From assembly GCA_963758635.1 (NCBI GenBank), contig CAVWWD010000004.1:256001-320000 (forward strand): 64,000 bases of DNA, written 5' to 3'. Source of the DNA: an uncultured Candidatus Rokubacteria bacterium. Its GTDB lineage: Bacteria; Methylomirabilota; Methylomirabilia; Rokubacteriales; CSP1-6. Below are positions 1-10,959 of the stretch, piece by piece. A program made the translations under genes and the position numbers. Within the stretch, counting starts at the first letter, position 1, and every line of letters starts with the position of its first letter. The notes under the pieces are model-generated. The model worked only from the letters and a program-made list of their open reading frames with translations. It was not told the origin of the DNA and did no database searches.

Positions 1-470
1 ACCTGGACGGCGGTGACGCGGCCGGTCTCCATGATCGTGGCCATCCGCCCGAACGCGCTCGGGCTGTAGTGCGTGATGCCGATCGCGCGCACCTTTCCCG
101 CCGCGCGCAGCTCCTCGAGGTGGGGCAGGTGGGTCTCCCACGCTTCCAGGTTGTGGATCTGGTAGAGGTCCACGACCCCGCCGTACCACTCGAGCGCCCG
201 GCGGATCTGCTCGCGTCCCTCGCGCCCGGACGAGGACCAGACCTTGGTGGCCACGAGCGCCCCGGCCCGCCGCGCCCCGAGGGTCTCGGCGAGCACGCGC
301 TCGGCGGCGCCGTACATGGGCGAGGAGTCGAAGAGCCGGGCGCCGCGCGCCAGGGCCACGTCCACGACCGGCTGCACCGCGGCCGCCTTGCGCACGTCGA
401 AGGTCTGCCACGTGCCCATCCCGATCACGGGCACCGTGAGTCCGCTCGTGCCGAGGTCGCGCTGTTCCAT
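1..470 (-). CDS. Aldo/keto reductase (runs off the left edge)
   Basis: Manual translation from ATG at 470: MEQRDLGTSGLTVPVIGMGTWQTFDV...FDSSPMYGAAE...VATKVW...DLYQIHN, typical AKR motifs. Not in the ORF track because it is truncated. Confidence 0.85.
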   Translation of the reverse strand, partial: MEQRDLGTSGLTVPVIGMGTWQTFDVRKAAAVQPVVDVALARGARLFDSSPMYGAAERVLAETLGARRAGALVATKVWSSSGREGREQIRRALEWYGGVVDLYQIHNLEAWETHLPHLEELRAAGKVRAIGITHYSPSAFGRMATIMETGRVTAVQ

Positions 471-532
471 GCGCGCCAGTGTAGCGCCCCGGCTGCCTTG
501 ACACTCCCGGGCCGTCTCCCTACCTTGAGGCC
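471..532. promoter_or_regulatory. Compact divergent sigma70-type promoters, probably leaderless
   Basis: + strand: TTGACA (498-503)-N17-TACCTT (521-526), 6 nt before GTG 533. - strand: TACACT (478-483), 7 nt before ATG 470. Confidence 0.6.
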
Positions 533-2329
533 GTGAACCAGCTGACGCCGCTCCTCGAGCGGGCGCGGAGCGCGCTCGCCGAGGGCCACCTCGGGGAGGC
601 GGAGGCCTGCGCGCGGAGCGCGCTGGCGATCGCGCCGCGCACGTTCGTCGCCCACTTCCGGCTCGGCATGGTCCTCGAGCGCCAGCGCCGGTGGGCGGAC
701 GCGGAGTCCGCGTTCCGCCAGGCCGTGGCGCTCCGGCCCGCGCACGTGCTGGCGTGGCTCCGCCTCGGCGCCGTGTGCCGGCGGCAGGGCCACCGCGAGG
801 AAGAGGAGCGCGCGCTGCGCCAGGCGGTGGCGCTCGCGCCCTTCAGCGCCGACGCGCGACATCAGCTCGGCGTCACGCTCCGCCGCCTGGGCCGGCACGC
901 CGAGGCGGAGGCGGCGCTCCGCCGCGCGCTCGCGCTCGCGCCCGGCAACGCCATCGCGCGCGACGACCTCGGGCTGACCCTCTACGCGCAGCGGCGCTAC
1001 GCGGAGGCGGCCGACGCCTTCGCCGCGGCGTCGGCGCGGGCTCCGCGCATGGCGCGGCTCCAGGTGCACCTGGGCGGCGCGCTCCGGCGCCAGCGCCGCT
1101 GGCGCGACGCGGCGGGCGCGTACCGTGAGGCGATCCGTCTCGGCGCCCCCGGGGCGCGGGTGTCGGGCCGGCTCGGCCTGGTGCTCTGGCGGCTCCGGCG
1201 CTACCGCGACGCGGCGAGCGCGTTCCGCCAGGCGGTGCGGCTCGATCCGCACCGGCCCGGCTATCGCGCCGGCCTCGGCCGGGTCCTCGAGCGCCAGGGC
1301 AAGTACGAGGAAGCCGAGGCCGCGTTCCGCGAGGCGATCCGCCTCGCCCCCGAGCGGCTCGGCGCGTATCGTGAGCTCGCCGCGGTGCTGCGCCGTCAGG
1401 GCAAGTGGTCGGCGGAGGCCGAGATCCACGCCCGGGCCATCGCGCTGGACCCGACCGATCCTCACCTGCACACCGACCTGGGCTTCGCGCTGTCCGCCCA
1501 GGGGCTCAACGTCGAGGCCGAGCACGCGTTCCGCCGCGCCGTGGAGCTTTCGCCCGACAACGCCGACCTGCGTGTCGAGATGGGGATCGCGCTCGGCCGG
1601 CAGGGGCGCCACGCGGAGGCGGAGACGGCGCTGCGCGAGGCCGTCCGGCTGAACCCCGGTGACGTCGTCGCGCGCGGCAACCTCGCTCTCGGCCTCGGGC
1701 GGCAGGGGCGGTACGCGGAGTCCGAGGCGGCGTACCGCGAGGCGCTCGTCCTCCGGCCGGAAGGCGCCGCGCTCCAGCGCGGCCTGGGCGTGGTGCTCTA
1801 CTTCCAGCGCAAGCTCGACGCGGCCGAGGCGGCGTTTCGCGAGGCGGCGCGGCTCCGTCCGAACTACGCGCGCGCGTTCGCCGACCTGGGCGAGCTGCTC
1901 AGCGAGCAGGGCCGGATACGCGAGGCCGTCGAGGCGTACCGGCAGGCCGTCGCCGCCAAGCCGGACAGCGCGATCAGCCAGCGCGGCCTCGGCGCCGCGC
2001 TCCTCGCCGAGGGCCGGTACGCCGAGGCCGAGGCGGCGTGCCGCGAGGCGCTCCGGCTCCGCCCGCTCGACGCCCAGGGCCACTTCTACCTGTGGGCGGC
2101 GCTCGAGCGGCAGGGCAAGTGGACCGAGTGCGTGGCCGCCTACCGCGAGACCATCCGGCTCAAGCCCGACCACGCCGAGGCGCACGCGCGGCTGGGCGCG
2201 GCGCTGATGCGGCTCGGCCTCACGCGGGAGGCCGTCGAGGCGTACCGGCGAGCGGTCGAGATCGAGCCGAGCGACCGGCGGTATCGCGTCGGCCTCGCCG
2301 GGGCCGAGCGCCGTCTGGGCGTCGCGTGA
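533..2329 (+). CDS. Tetratricopeptide repeat protein (essentially all TPR)
   Basis: Recurring ~34-aa units of the type LG..L..QGR..EAEAA.R.A..L.P throughout 598 aa. Confidence 0.9.
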   Translation: MNQLTPLLERARSALAEGHLGEAEACARSALAIAPRTFVAHFRLGMVLERQRRWADAESAFRQAVALRPAHVLAWLRLGAVCRRQGHREEEERALRQAVALAPFSADARHQLGVTLRRLGRHAEAEAALRRALALAPGNAIARDDLGLTLYAQRRYAEAADAFAAASARAPRMARLQVHLGGALRRQRRWRDAAGAYREAIRLGAPGARVSGRLGLVLWRLRRYRDAASAFRQAVRLDPHRPGYRAGLGRVLERQGKYEEAEAAFREAIRLAPERLGAYRELAAVLRRQGKWSAEAEIHARAIALDPTDPHLHTDLGFALSAQGLNVEAEHAFRRAVELSPDNADLRVEMGIALGRQGRHAEAETALREAVRLNPGDVVARGNLALGLGRQGRYAESEAAYREALVLRPEGAALQRGLGVVLYFQRKLDAAEAAFREAARLRPNYARAFADLGELLSEQGRIREAVEAYRQAVAAKPDSAISQRGLGAALLAEGRYAEAEAACREALRLRPLDAQGHFYLWAALERQGKWTECVAAYRETIRLKPDHAEAHARLGAALMRLGLTREAVEAYRRAVEIEPSDRRYRVGLAGAERRLGVA

Positions 2330-2345
2330 TGGGCGGGATCGGGTG

Positions 2346-3175
2346 ATGGACGAGTTCCTCCACGCCAACCGCGAGCTCTGGAACACGTGGGCGAAGGTGA
2401 ACTTCGCCTCGGAGCTCTACGACGTGGAGGGCTTCGTGGCGGGGCGGAGCGGCGACCTGGACCCGGTGGTGCGCGCGGGGCCGGGCGACGTCCGCGGCAA
2501 GTCGCTCCTCCACCTGCAGTGCCACTTCGGGATGGACACCCTCCGCTGGGCGCGGCACGGGGCGACGGTGACGGGCGTGGACTTCTCGGAGACGGCCATC
2601 GCGTCGGCGCGCGCGCTCGCCGCGCGCATGGGGGTTTCCGCGACGTTCGTGCACGCGGACGTGTACGCGCTGCCCGAGCGCCTCCACGGCCGCTTCGACG
2701 TGGTGTTCACCTCGATCGGCGTGCTGGGCTGGCTGCCGGACCTGGACGGCTGGGCCCGGGTCATCGCGCACTTCCTCGAGCCGGGCGGCACGTTCTCGAT
2801 CACCGAGGTGCATCCGTTCACGGTGATCTTCGACGACCGCGTGAAGGAGCCCGAGCTCCGACTGCTCTACCCGTACTTCCACGGGCGCGAGCCGATGCGC
2901 GAGGAGGTGGACGGCTGCTACTCGGCGCCCGACGCGCCCTGGAAGAGCGTCCAGCACGTGTGGCTGCACACCATGGCGGACATCATCGGCGCGCTCTGCC
3001 GCGCCGGGCTGCGCATCGAGTCGCTGGAGGAGTACCCGTTTCTCGCGTGGCGGTTCTTCCCGTGGATGGTGCAGGACGCGGACGGCCGATGGCGCCTGCC
3101 CGAGCATCCCGCCGTGCCCCAGGGCCGGGGAGCCTGCCCCTCATGTTCTCGCTGAAGGCCACCCGCCCCTCCTAG
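2346..3175 (+). CDS. Class I SAM-dependent methyltransferase (frameshift near 3130)
   Basis: LLHLQCHFGMDT, VTGVDFSE, FDVVFTSIGVLGWLPDL. The natural C-terminus PLMFSLKATRPS* is in another frame. Confidence 0.85.
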
Positions 3176-3630
3176 CCAGCCCCACGCGGTCGGAGGAGGT
3201 CCAGATGCAGCGGCGCCCGACGGCCGTCGCGAGGCGTAGCCGCGTTGAGCGGACGGCCGAGGGCGCCACGAGCAGCTGGGCCTCCGGCCGCGTGGCGCCG
3301 CTCCGCCCGCCGGGCCGGCTTGATCACGAGCTCGTGATCCGTCGGGACCTCGGCGAGCAGCGCGTCCCACGCCTGCTCGACCTGGAACTCCCAGCCCGCC
3401 GGCGTCGAGAGCACCACGCGGCCCGCGCGCCACGGCATGGCCGGGCGCACGTCGATGGCCATCAGGGGCTCGCCGCGGAACAGGCGACGCAGGCGAGCGT
3501 GGATGCGCGCGTGCACGATGAGCGCCTGGTCGTTCCGGCGATCGAGGAAGTTGCGCCACGCGAGGGGGCCGAGGGTCAGGAGACCGACGAGCACGCTGCC
3601 GAAGATCGCTTCCATGGCCGATTCCTCCAT
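3172..3630 (-). CDS. Hypothetical protein with an N-terminal transmembrane segment
   Basis: 152-aa ORF with a hydrophobic N-terminus (IFGSVLVGLLTLGPLAW) that fills the intergenic gap. Confidence 0.55.
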   Translation of the reverse strand: MEESAMEAIFGSVLVGLLTLGPLAWRNFLDRRNDQALIVHARIHARLRRLFRGEPLMAIDVRPAMPWRAGRVVLSTPAGWEFQVEQAWDALLAEVPTDHELVIKPARRAERRHAAGGPAARGALGRPLNAATPRDGRRAPLHLDLLRPRGAG

Positions 3631-3844
3631 GCATGTTCCGACGCGGGGAGGTGGCGCGGGGATTCCGGGAGAGCGCGGCGCGGGGCGGACTCAGGTCGCG
3701 CGCGTGGGGGCCGCGCCGGCGGTCTCGCGGTCGGCCCGGCCCGGCGGTCGGCGCCGGCCGGCGTGATAGTATCCGTCCGCGCGCGCCAACGGCGCGGCGC
3801 TTCAAGGAGGCCGGATGACGAGACGTTCGAGCCGCCGCGACCCC

Positions 3845-4633
3845 ATGACGCACGCCCGGCGCAGCGTCCGCGCGCTCAAGGGCTTCGTGTTCGACCTCGA
3901 CGGCTGCGTGTGGACGGGCGACGTGCTCGTGCCCGGCGCGGCCGACGTGCTCGCCCTCCTGCGCGAGCAGGGCCGCGCCGTCGCCTTCCTCACCAACAAC
4001 TCCCGCGCGCGCGCGGAGACCATGCGCGCGAAGCTCGAGCGGCTCGGCATCGAGGCCCGGCCCGGCGAGGTGCTCACGCCGCTCGAGATCCTCGGCGAGG
4101 TGATCTCCGCGCGCTGGGGCCCGTCCGCCGTGCTCGTCATCGGCGGCGAGGAGGTCGAGTGCGCGCTGATCGACGGCGGCCACCGCGTGGTGCCGGTGGA
4201 CCGCGCGCGCGAGGCCACGGTGGTCGTGGTCGGCAACGACTTCGTCTTCTCGTACGAGCGCCTGACCGCGGCGGCGCGCGCGGTGGCCGCGGGGGCGGCG
4301 TTCCTCACGCCCAACCTCGACGCGCGGCTGCCCGTAGAGGGCGGCGAGTTCCTGCCCGGCTGCGGCGCCATCGTGGAGGCGGTGGCGACGGCGGCGGGCG
4401 TGCGCCCGATCGTGGTCGGGAAGCCCGAGCCGCCGCTCTTCGAGCTCGCGCTCGGACGCATGGGGATCACCGCGGAGGACGCCGCCATGGTCGGCGACAG
4501 CGTCGACTCCGACATCCGCGGCGCCCGTCGCGTCGGGATGACCGCCATCCTCTTCGCGCCCACGGGCGGCATCGACGGCGTGGCGCACTACATGGTGCGC
4601 TCGATGGCCCAGCTCCGGAGGCTGATCTCGTGA
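3845..4633 (+). CDS. HAD-IIA family hydrolase (NagD-like)
   Basis: FDLDGCVW, FLTNNS, GKPEP and MVGDSVDSDIRG motifs. Confidence 0.9.
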   Translation: MTHARRSVRALKGFVFDLDGCVWTGDVLVPGAADVLALLREQGRAVAFLTNNSRARAETMRAKLERLGIEARPGEVLTPLEILGEVISARWGPSAVLVIGGEEVECALIDGGHRVVPVDRAREATVVVVGNDFVFSYERLTAAARAVAAGAAFLTPNLDARLPVEGGEFLPGCGAIVEAVATAAGVRPIVVGKPEPPLFELALGRMGITAEDAAMVGDSVDSDIRGARRVGMTAILFAPTGGIDGVAHYMVRSMAQLRRLIS

Positions 4634-4706
4634 CCCGCGCAGAATACGGTAACCGCCACGGGCCCCTACAGTCCTACCGCTCGGCGTTCGTCTGATGCGC
4701 GGGGCT
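4632..4706 (+). repeat. Dispersed repeat family A, copy 1
   Basis: GACCCGCGCAGAATACGGT...GCCACGGGCC...ACCGCTCGGCGTTCGTCTGATGCGCGGGGCT, similar to 7098, 52058 and 55005. Direct repeat TCGTGACC at 4628 and 4710. Confidence 0.85.
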
Positions 4707-4717
4707 TATTCGTGACC

Positions 4718-5425
4718 ATGCGCGTGCTGCTCCACTCGGGAGGGCCGCTCGGGCTGGAGGGCCGAGCCGAGGTGCGCCGGTTCCTCCAGGCGCCGGGCGG
4801 GGCGCTCCCGCGCGTGGCGTTCATCACCGCGGCGTCGCTGGGAGACGAGGCGCTCTCCTTCGAGCGGGTGCGGGCGGGCCTCGCCCCGCCGCCGCCCGAG
4901 GGCGCCGGGCTCGACGTGATCCACCTGCGCTGGCGGCACGATCCCCTCGCCACCCTCGCCGCGGCCGACGCCGTCTTCATGGGCGGCGGGAACACCTACG
5001 CGCTCCTCAAGCGGCTGCGGGAGACAGGGCTGCTCGACGCCATCCGGGACCGGGTGCGGGCGGGGACGCCGTACATGGGGGCGAGCGCCGGCTCGAACGT
5101 GGCCGGCCCGACGATCCTCACGACGAACGACTGGAACGTGGTCGCGCTGGACCGGTTCGACGCGCTGGGCCTCGTCGGCTTCAACATCAACCCGCACTAC
5201 AAGGAAGCCGATCCCGCGATGGCCGCGTTCAGCGAGACCCGGGACGACCGCATCCGCGAGTACCACGTGGTGAACGCCAATCCCGTGGTGGGGCTCGAGG
5301 AAGGGGCGCTCGTGAGCGTGATCGACGGGACCGCGACCGCGCTGGGCACCGCCCGCGTCAAGCTCTTCCGCCGCGGCGCGGAGCCCGCGTGGTTCAGCGC
5401 GGGCGACCGCCTGCCCGTGGCGTAG
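4718..5425 (+). CDS. pepE: Dipeptidase E (peptidase S51)
   Basis: GGGNTYALL, YMGASAGSN, TTND, INPHY and ETRDDRIREYH motifs. Confidence 0.85.
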   Translation: MRVLLHSGGPLGLEGRAEVRRFLQAPGGALPRVAFITAASLGDEALSFERVRAGLAPPPPEGAGLDVIHLRWRHDPLATLAAADAVFMGGGNTYALLKRLRETGLLDAIRDRVRAGTPYMGASAGSNVAGPTILTTNDWNVVALDRFDALGLVGFNINPHYKEADPAMAAFSETRDDRIREYHVVNANPVVGLEEGALVSVIDGTATALGTARVKLFRRGAEPAWFSAGDRLPVA

Positions 5426-5449
5426 CGCGCCCCGTTCGCCTCATAGCGT

Positions 5450-5490
5450 TGCGAGGTGAGCCGCAGGCGAGCCGAGCGAATATGGAAGTG
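5450..5490 (+). repeat. Dispersed repeat family B (tandem-GA hairpin), copy 1
   Basis: TGCGAGGTGAGCCGCAGGCGAGCCGAGCGAATATGGAAGTG; matches 14194-14234 (-), 52763-52802 and 56781-56821. Confidence 0.85.
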
Positions 5491-5498
5491 CGGTCGCC

Positions 5499-6274
<776 letters not shown>

Positions 6275-6439
6275 GATCAGGGAGCATGCTACCGGCGGCG
6301 CGGACCCGGCGCAATTGACAATGCCACGGCCGCCACCCATGATCCCCGTGATGTCCGGGCGATGCGCGGCGGCGCCGACGCTCCTGGCCGGCCTCTTCGT
6401 GCCGCGGCGCCGGTCGTCCACGCCCGGGGCGGGCGGCCC

Positions 6440-7081
6440 ATGACCGATCCGGGCGTCGCCCTCACCGACTACGCCCTCGGGATCGAGTGCGCCATCCTCG
6501 CCTGGCTCATCGGCCGGACCTCCACGCGGCACCCCGACGCGCGCACGTGGGCCGTGCTGTTCTTCGTGACCATCGGGCTCGCTGCCGTCCTCGGAGGCAC
6601 GGTGCACGGGTTCTTCCTCGACCCGTGGACCATCGGAGGCCTGCTGCTGTGGCCGGGCGCGCTCCTCGCCGTGGGCCTGACCGCGCTCACCGCGTGGGGC
6701 CTGGGCGCGACCGTCCTCCTCTCGCCCGGGGCGGCGTGCTGGGCCGTGATCGCCGCGGCCTGCGGGTTCGTCGCCTACGCGTTCGTGATCGGCGCGGCGC
6801 CGACCTTCGCGGTGGCGGTGGGGCACTACCTCCCCGCCGTCGTCTTCCTGCTCGCCGTCCTCCTCGTCGCGCATCGCCGCCGCCCCGAGGCCCCGGCGCT
6901 GGTCGGCGCGGCCGGGCTCGTGCTCACGCTGGCCGCGGCGCTCCTGCAGCAGGCGGGCGTCGGCGTGCATCGCGTCTACTTCAACCACAACGCGCTCCAC
7001 CACGTGCTGCAGGGGGTGGCGCTCGTCCTCGTCTTCGTCGGCGTCCGCTGGCTCGTGCAGACGACGACGCCCAGCTCCTGA
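6440..7081 (+). CDS. Polytopic membrane protein (DUF6962-like)
   Basis: MTDPGVALTDYAL...GGTVHGFF...FNHNALHHVLQ, about 7 hydrophobic segments. Confidence 0.65.
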   Translation: MTDPGVALTDYALGIECAILAWLIGRTSTRHPDARTWAVLFFVTIGLAAVLGGTVHGFFLDPWTIGGLLLWPGALLAVGLTALTAWGLGATVLLSPGAACWAVIAAACGFVAYAFVIGAAPTFAVAVGHYLPAVVFLLAVLLVAHRRRPEAPALVGAAGLVLTLAAALLQQAGVGVHRVYFNHNALHHVLQGVALVLVFVGVRWLVQTTTPSS

Positions 7082-7097
7082 GGCGCCGCCGGCTCAG

Positions 7098-7173
7098 GAC
7101 CCTCGCAGAATGCGGTCACCGCCACGGGCCTCTACAATCCCACCGCTCGACATTGGTCTGATGCGCTGAGGCT
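7098..7173 (+). repeat. Dispersed repeat family A, copy 2
   Basis: GACCCTCGCAGAATGCGGTCACCGCCACGGGCCTCTACAATCCCACCGCTCGACATTGGTCTGATGCGCTGAGGCT, between convergent genes. Confidence 0.85.
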
Positions 7174-7176
7174 CGA

Positions 7177-8115
7177 CTAGAGGGCGGGGAGGACGGTGCG
7201 CGCGAACAGCTCGAGCGCGGCGATGTCGTCCTGGTCGATCATCTGCAGGAGCGCCCGCTGCATCCCCGCCGCCTGCCACGTCGTGAGCGCGGCCGTCACC
7301 GCCTCGGGCGGGCCGGCGAGGAAGCTCGCCGCCCGCCAGCCCGCCTCGTCCGCGGGCAGGGACGGGAACTTCGCGCGCGCGGCGGCGATGCGGCGCGCGA
7401 CGTCGCGCGAGTCGCCGCCGATGGCGAGCGGGATCATCAGCGAGCGCCGGATCGTCTCGGGGTCGCGGCGCACGTCCGCGCAGTGCCGGGCCAGGACCTC
7501 GAGCTTCGCGCGGAAGCCCGCGGGATCCAGGCGCGTCACGTTCCACTCGTCGGCGAACTCGGCGGCGATGCGCAGCGTGCGCTTCTCGCCGCGGCCGCCG
7601 ACCACGAGGCGCAGGCGCCCGTGGGGCGGCAGCGGGAAGCTCTGGGCGGCGACCAGCGGGTAGTACGGCTGGTCGAGCGTCACCGGCTGGCCCGCGCCGA
7701 GCGCGCGGATGACGCGCGCCCCGCACTCGAGCCGGTCCATGCGCTCCTTCACGGACGGGAACGGCACCCCGTACATCCGGTGCTCGTACTCGTTCCACCC
7801 CGCGCCGATGCCGAGGTCGAGGCGGCCGCCGGACTGGACGTCCACCGCGGTCGCCATCTTCGCGAGCAGCGCTGGATGATAGAAGGTGATCGGGCTGACC
7901 ATGGGGCCGAAGCGGATCCGGCGCGTGCGCGTGGCGAGCGCGCCCAGTGACGCCCACGTCTCGATGCACGGCCGCCGCGCGTCGCCGGCGAGCCCGGTGA
8001 GATGATCGGATCGGCAGAGCGACTCGAAGCCGAGATCCTCCGCGGCGTCGGCGAGGCGGAGCCATCGCTCCCACGTGAGGCCTTCCTGTCCCTCGATCAT
8101 GATGCCGATGTGCAT
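7177..8115 (-). CDS. LLM-class (putatively F420-dependent) oxidoreductase
   Basis: MHIGIMIEGQEGLTW...RSDH...SGGRLDLGIGAGWNEYEH...AAEFADEWN. Confidence 0.85.
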   Translation of the reverse strand: MHIGIMIEGQEGLTWERWLRLADAAEDLGFESLCRSDHLTGLAGDARRPCIETWASLGALATRTRRIRFGPMVSPITFYHPALLAKMATAVDVQSGGRLDLGIGAGWNEYEHRMYGVPFPSVKERMDRLECGARVIRALGAGQPVTLDQPYYPLVAAQSFPLPPHGRLRLVVGGRGEKRTLRIAAEFADEWNVTRLDPAGFRAKLEVLARHCADVRRDPETIRRSLMIPLAIGGDSRDVARRIAAARAKFPSLPADEAGWRAASFLAGPPEAVTAALTTWQAAGMQRALLQMIDQDDIAALELFARTVLPAL

Positions 8116-8191
8116 GAGCGGCGTCCTCCAGGGCGCGACGGGCTGTGGATCGCTTGACAGCTTACCGCGCATGGGGCCAGCATGAGGCGCG

Positions 8192-9436
8192 ATGTGCGCG
8201 GCCCCGAAGCGTCTCCTGCTCCTGATCCCGACCTCGACGTATCGCACCGAGGACTTCATGGCCGCCGCGACGCGGCTCGACGTGGACCTCGTCGTGGCGT
8301 CGGAGCGGCCGAACGTGATGGCCGGCGAGTTCCCGGAGCACCTGCTCACGCTGCCGTTCGACGATCCCGCCGCGGCCGAGGCCCAGATCCGCGCGTACGC
8401 GCGGGCGCGGCCGATCGACGCGGTGGTGCCCGTCGACGACGTGACCACGGTGACGGCGGCGACCGTCGCGGGCGCGCTCGGCCTCAAGGCCAACCCGGTG
8501 GCCGCCGTCGAGGCCGCGCGCAACAAGCTCGAGATGCGCGAGCGGCTCGCCAAGGCGGGCGTGCCCCAGCCGCCCTTCGCCGCCTTCGCCGTGGACGACG
8601 ATCCGCGCGGCGTGGCGCGCCGCGTGGGGTATCCGTGCGTGCTCAAGCCGCTGGTCCTCTCGGCGAGCCGAGGGGTCATCCGCGCCGACGACCCCGCCGA
8701 GCTCGCCGCGGCGTGGGCGCGCATCGCCGCCATCGTGCGGACGCCCGAGGTGCAGGCCCTGGGCGAGGGCGCCGGCCAGATCCTCGTCGAGGGCTTCGTC
8801 CCCGGCGTCGAGGTGGCGCTCGAGGGGCTGCTCGACGCCGGACGCCTCCACACGCTGGCGCTCTTCGACAAGCCCGACCCGCTCGACGGCCCGTTCTTCG
8901 AGGAGACGATCTACGTGACGCCCTCGCGCCTGCCCGCGGCGCAGCAAGCGGCCATCGCGGACTGCGCGGCGCGGGCCGCGCGCGCGCTCGGGCTCGAGGA
9001 CGGGCCCATCCACGCCGAGCTGCGCCTGAACACGGCGGGCCCGTGGCTCATCGAGCTGGCCGCGCGCTCGATCGGCGGCCTCTGCGCGCGGACGCTCACC
9101 TTCGGGACCGGGATGTCGCTGGAGGAGATCATCCTGCGGCACGCCCTCGATCTTCCCATCGCGTCGCTCGAGCGGGACCGGCGCGCCGCGGGCGTGATGA
9201 TGATCCCCATCCCGCGCGCGGGCACGCTCGTCCGCGTGGACGGGCTCGACGCCGCCCGCGCGGTGGAGGCGATCGAGGACGTCACGCTCAGCGCCCACGC
9301 CGGGCAGGCGCTCGTGCCCCTGCCGGAGGGCTCCGAGTACCTGGGCTTCATCTTCTCGCGCGCCGACACCCCCGCCGACGCCGAGCGCGCCCTCCGCGAA
9401 GCCCACCGCCGGCTGAGCTTCGTGATCACAGACTAG
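8192..9436 (+). CDS. ATP-grasp domain protein
   Basis: RNKLEMRE, GYPCVLKP..LSASRGV, LVEGFVPGVEVALEG, HAELR, IELAARSIGG. Confidence 0.85.
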   Translation: MCAAPKRLLLLIPTSTYRTEDFMAAATRLDVDLVVASERPNVMAGEFPEHLLTLPFDDPAAAEAQIRAYARARPIDAVVPVDDVTTVTAATVAGALGLKANPVAAVEAARNKLEMRERLAKAGVPQPPFAAFAVDDDPRGVARRVGYPCVLKPLVLSASRGVIRADDPAELAAAWARIAAIVRTPEVQALGEGAGQILVEGFVPGVEVALEGLLDAGRLHTLALFDKPDPLDGPFFEETIYVTPSRLPAAQQAAIADCAARAARALGLEDGPIHAELRLNTAGPWLIELAARSIGGLCARTLTFGTGMSLEEIILRHALDLPIASLERDRRAAGVMMIPIPRAGTLVRVDGLDAARAVEAIEDVTLSAHAGQALVPLPEGSEYLGFIFSRADTPADAERALREAHRRLSFVITD

Positions 9437-9448
9437 GAGACATCGCTC

Positions 9449-10444
9449 ATGGCCAAGCTCAAGTTCGGCGCCTGGATCCCGACGTACGCGTGGGCGGACG
9501 GCGGCGGCGGCGCCGAGAACGTGCCGCGCATCGCCGAGTCGATCCGGAAGTGCGAGGAGCACGGGATCGACGTCTGGGTGATCGACCACCTGCTGTCCGC
9601 CCCCGGCCTCTACGGCAACGCGTGGCTGGAGCCCCTGGGCGTGCTCTCCTACGCGGCGGCGCTCACCTCGCGGGTGAAGATCGCCACCGGGATCCTGGTG
9701 CTCCCGGTCCGGCATCCCGTCATGCTCGCCAAGGAGCTGTCCACGCTCTGCCATCTCTCGGGGGAGCGGTACATGTTCGGCGTCGGGCCGGGCTGGTACG
9801 CGCGGGAGTACGAGGTGACGGGCTCGCGCATCGAGGAGCGCGGCAAGCGGACGGACGAGATCATCGACGCCGTCCGGCTGCTCCTGACCGAGCCCCACGC
9901 GAGCTACCACGGCCGCTTCTACCAGTTCGACAACGTCACCATCGACCCGCGGCCGGCGCGGCTGCCGGACATGTGGGTGTCGGGCGGCTCGCGCGTCCCC
10001 GATCCCGGCGAGCACGACGTGCCGGTGATCGCCACCACCGTGATGGATCGCATCGTGAAGGCGGGGAACTGGCTCTCGCGCTGCTCGGGCACGCAGGAGT
10101 GGGTCAAGCGCGACTGGGGACAGCTCCAGGAGCACGCCCGGGCGAAGGGGCGGGACCGGAAGACGCTCACCTTCGGGCACTGCAACTTCACGCACCTCGT
10201 GGACACGGGGAGCCACGACCGGGCGCTCGAGGCGTCGCGGGCGCCGTTCATGCGCGCGATGGGCAGCCACCGCTCGTGGGACCATCTGCAGGAGTGCTAC
10301 ATGATCGGCGGCATCGACCGGATCAACGCGCGCATCGCCGACCTGGTCGGCGCGGGGCTCGAGTACCTGGTGCTGGGCCCGGTGACCGACGACCCCGCCC
10401 AGATCGACCTGATGGCGCGTCACGTCCTGCCGAACTTCGCGTAG
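9449..10444 (+). CDS. LLM-class flavin-dependent oxidoreductase
   Basis: VWVIDH, AAALTSRVKIATGILVLPVRHPVMLAKE, FGVGPGW. SD AGGAG upstream. Confidence 0.85.
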   Translation: MAKLKFGAWIPTYAWADGGGGAENVPRIAESIRKCEEHGIDVWVIDHLLSAPGLYGNAWLEPLGVLSYAAALTSRVKIATGILVLPVRHPVMLAKELSTLCHLSGERYMFGVGPGWYAREYEVTGSRIEERGKRTDEIIDAVRLLLTEPHASYHGRFYQFDNVTIDPRPARLPDMWVSGGSRVPDPGEHDVPVIATTVMDRIVKAGNWLSRCSGTQEWVKRDWGQLQEHARAKGRDRKTLTFGHCNFTHLVDTGSHDRALEASRAPFMRAMGSHRSWDHLQECYMIGGIDRINARIADLVGAGLEYLVLGPVTDDPAQIDLMARHVLPNFA

Positions 10445-10459
10445 CCGGGAGGAGAGGTC

Positions 10460-10932
10460 ATGCGTCGACTGATCGCGCTCGTCCTCGCCGTCACGTTGAC
10501 CGCCGTCGTCCTCGGTCGAAGCCCGCGGAAGCCGGCCATCACGCGGTGGCCGTGGGCGTCGCCGCCACCGTCGGGTTCGTGCTCGCGGCGCCCTTCCTGC
10601 TGCTGGGCGCCGTCCTCGCGCCGCTCGTGCCGCCGCCGATCCCCTATCGGCCCGCCGTGGTCGTGGCCCGGCCCGTGGTCGTGCCGCGGCCGGTGTACGC
10701 GGCGCCGGCCGGAGCCGTGACCGTGACGCGTCCGGCGCCCGCGATGCCGGCGGGAACCGTGGCGGTCGCGCCGGCGCGCGCGGCCTCGGCCCTGCCCGCG
10801 TCCATCCAGACCACGGTCGTGTATCCCCACGGGCGCTACGAGCTGCGCGGCGACGGCGTCCGTGCCGCGTACCACTGGGTGTGGATCCCCAACGCGCCCG
10901 CGGCCCCGGTCGTCGCCGCGTCCGCTCCGTAG
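10460..10932 (+). CDS. Hypothetical secreted/membrane Pro-Ala-rich protein (frameshift near 10520)
   Basis: Signal-like N-terminus after SD GGAG..GAGG; continues in another frame to YPHGRYELRGDG..YHWVWIP. Confidence 0.55.
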
Positions 10933-10959
10933 CCGGGCTCGCGCGGAGGAGGACGGCGC

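Noticed and set aside
4632..4706. Family A as integron attC sites
   Set aside because: No RYYYAAC...GTTRRRY core pair, no cassette array, and no integrase.
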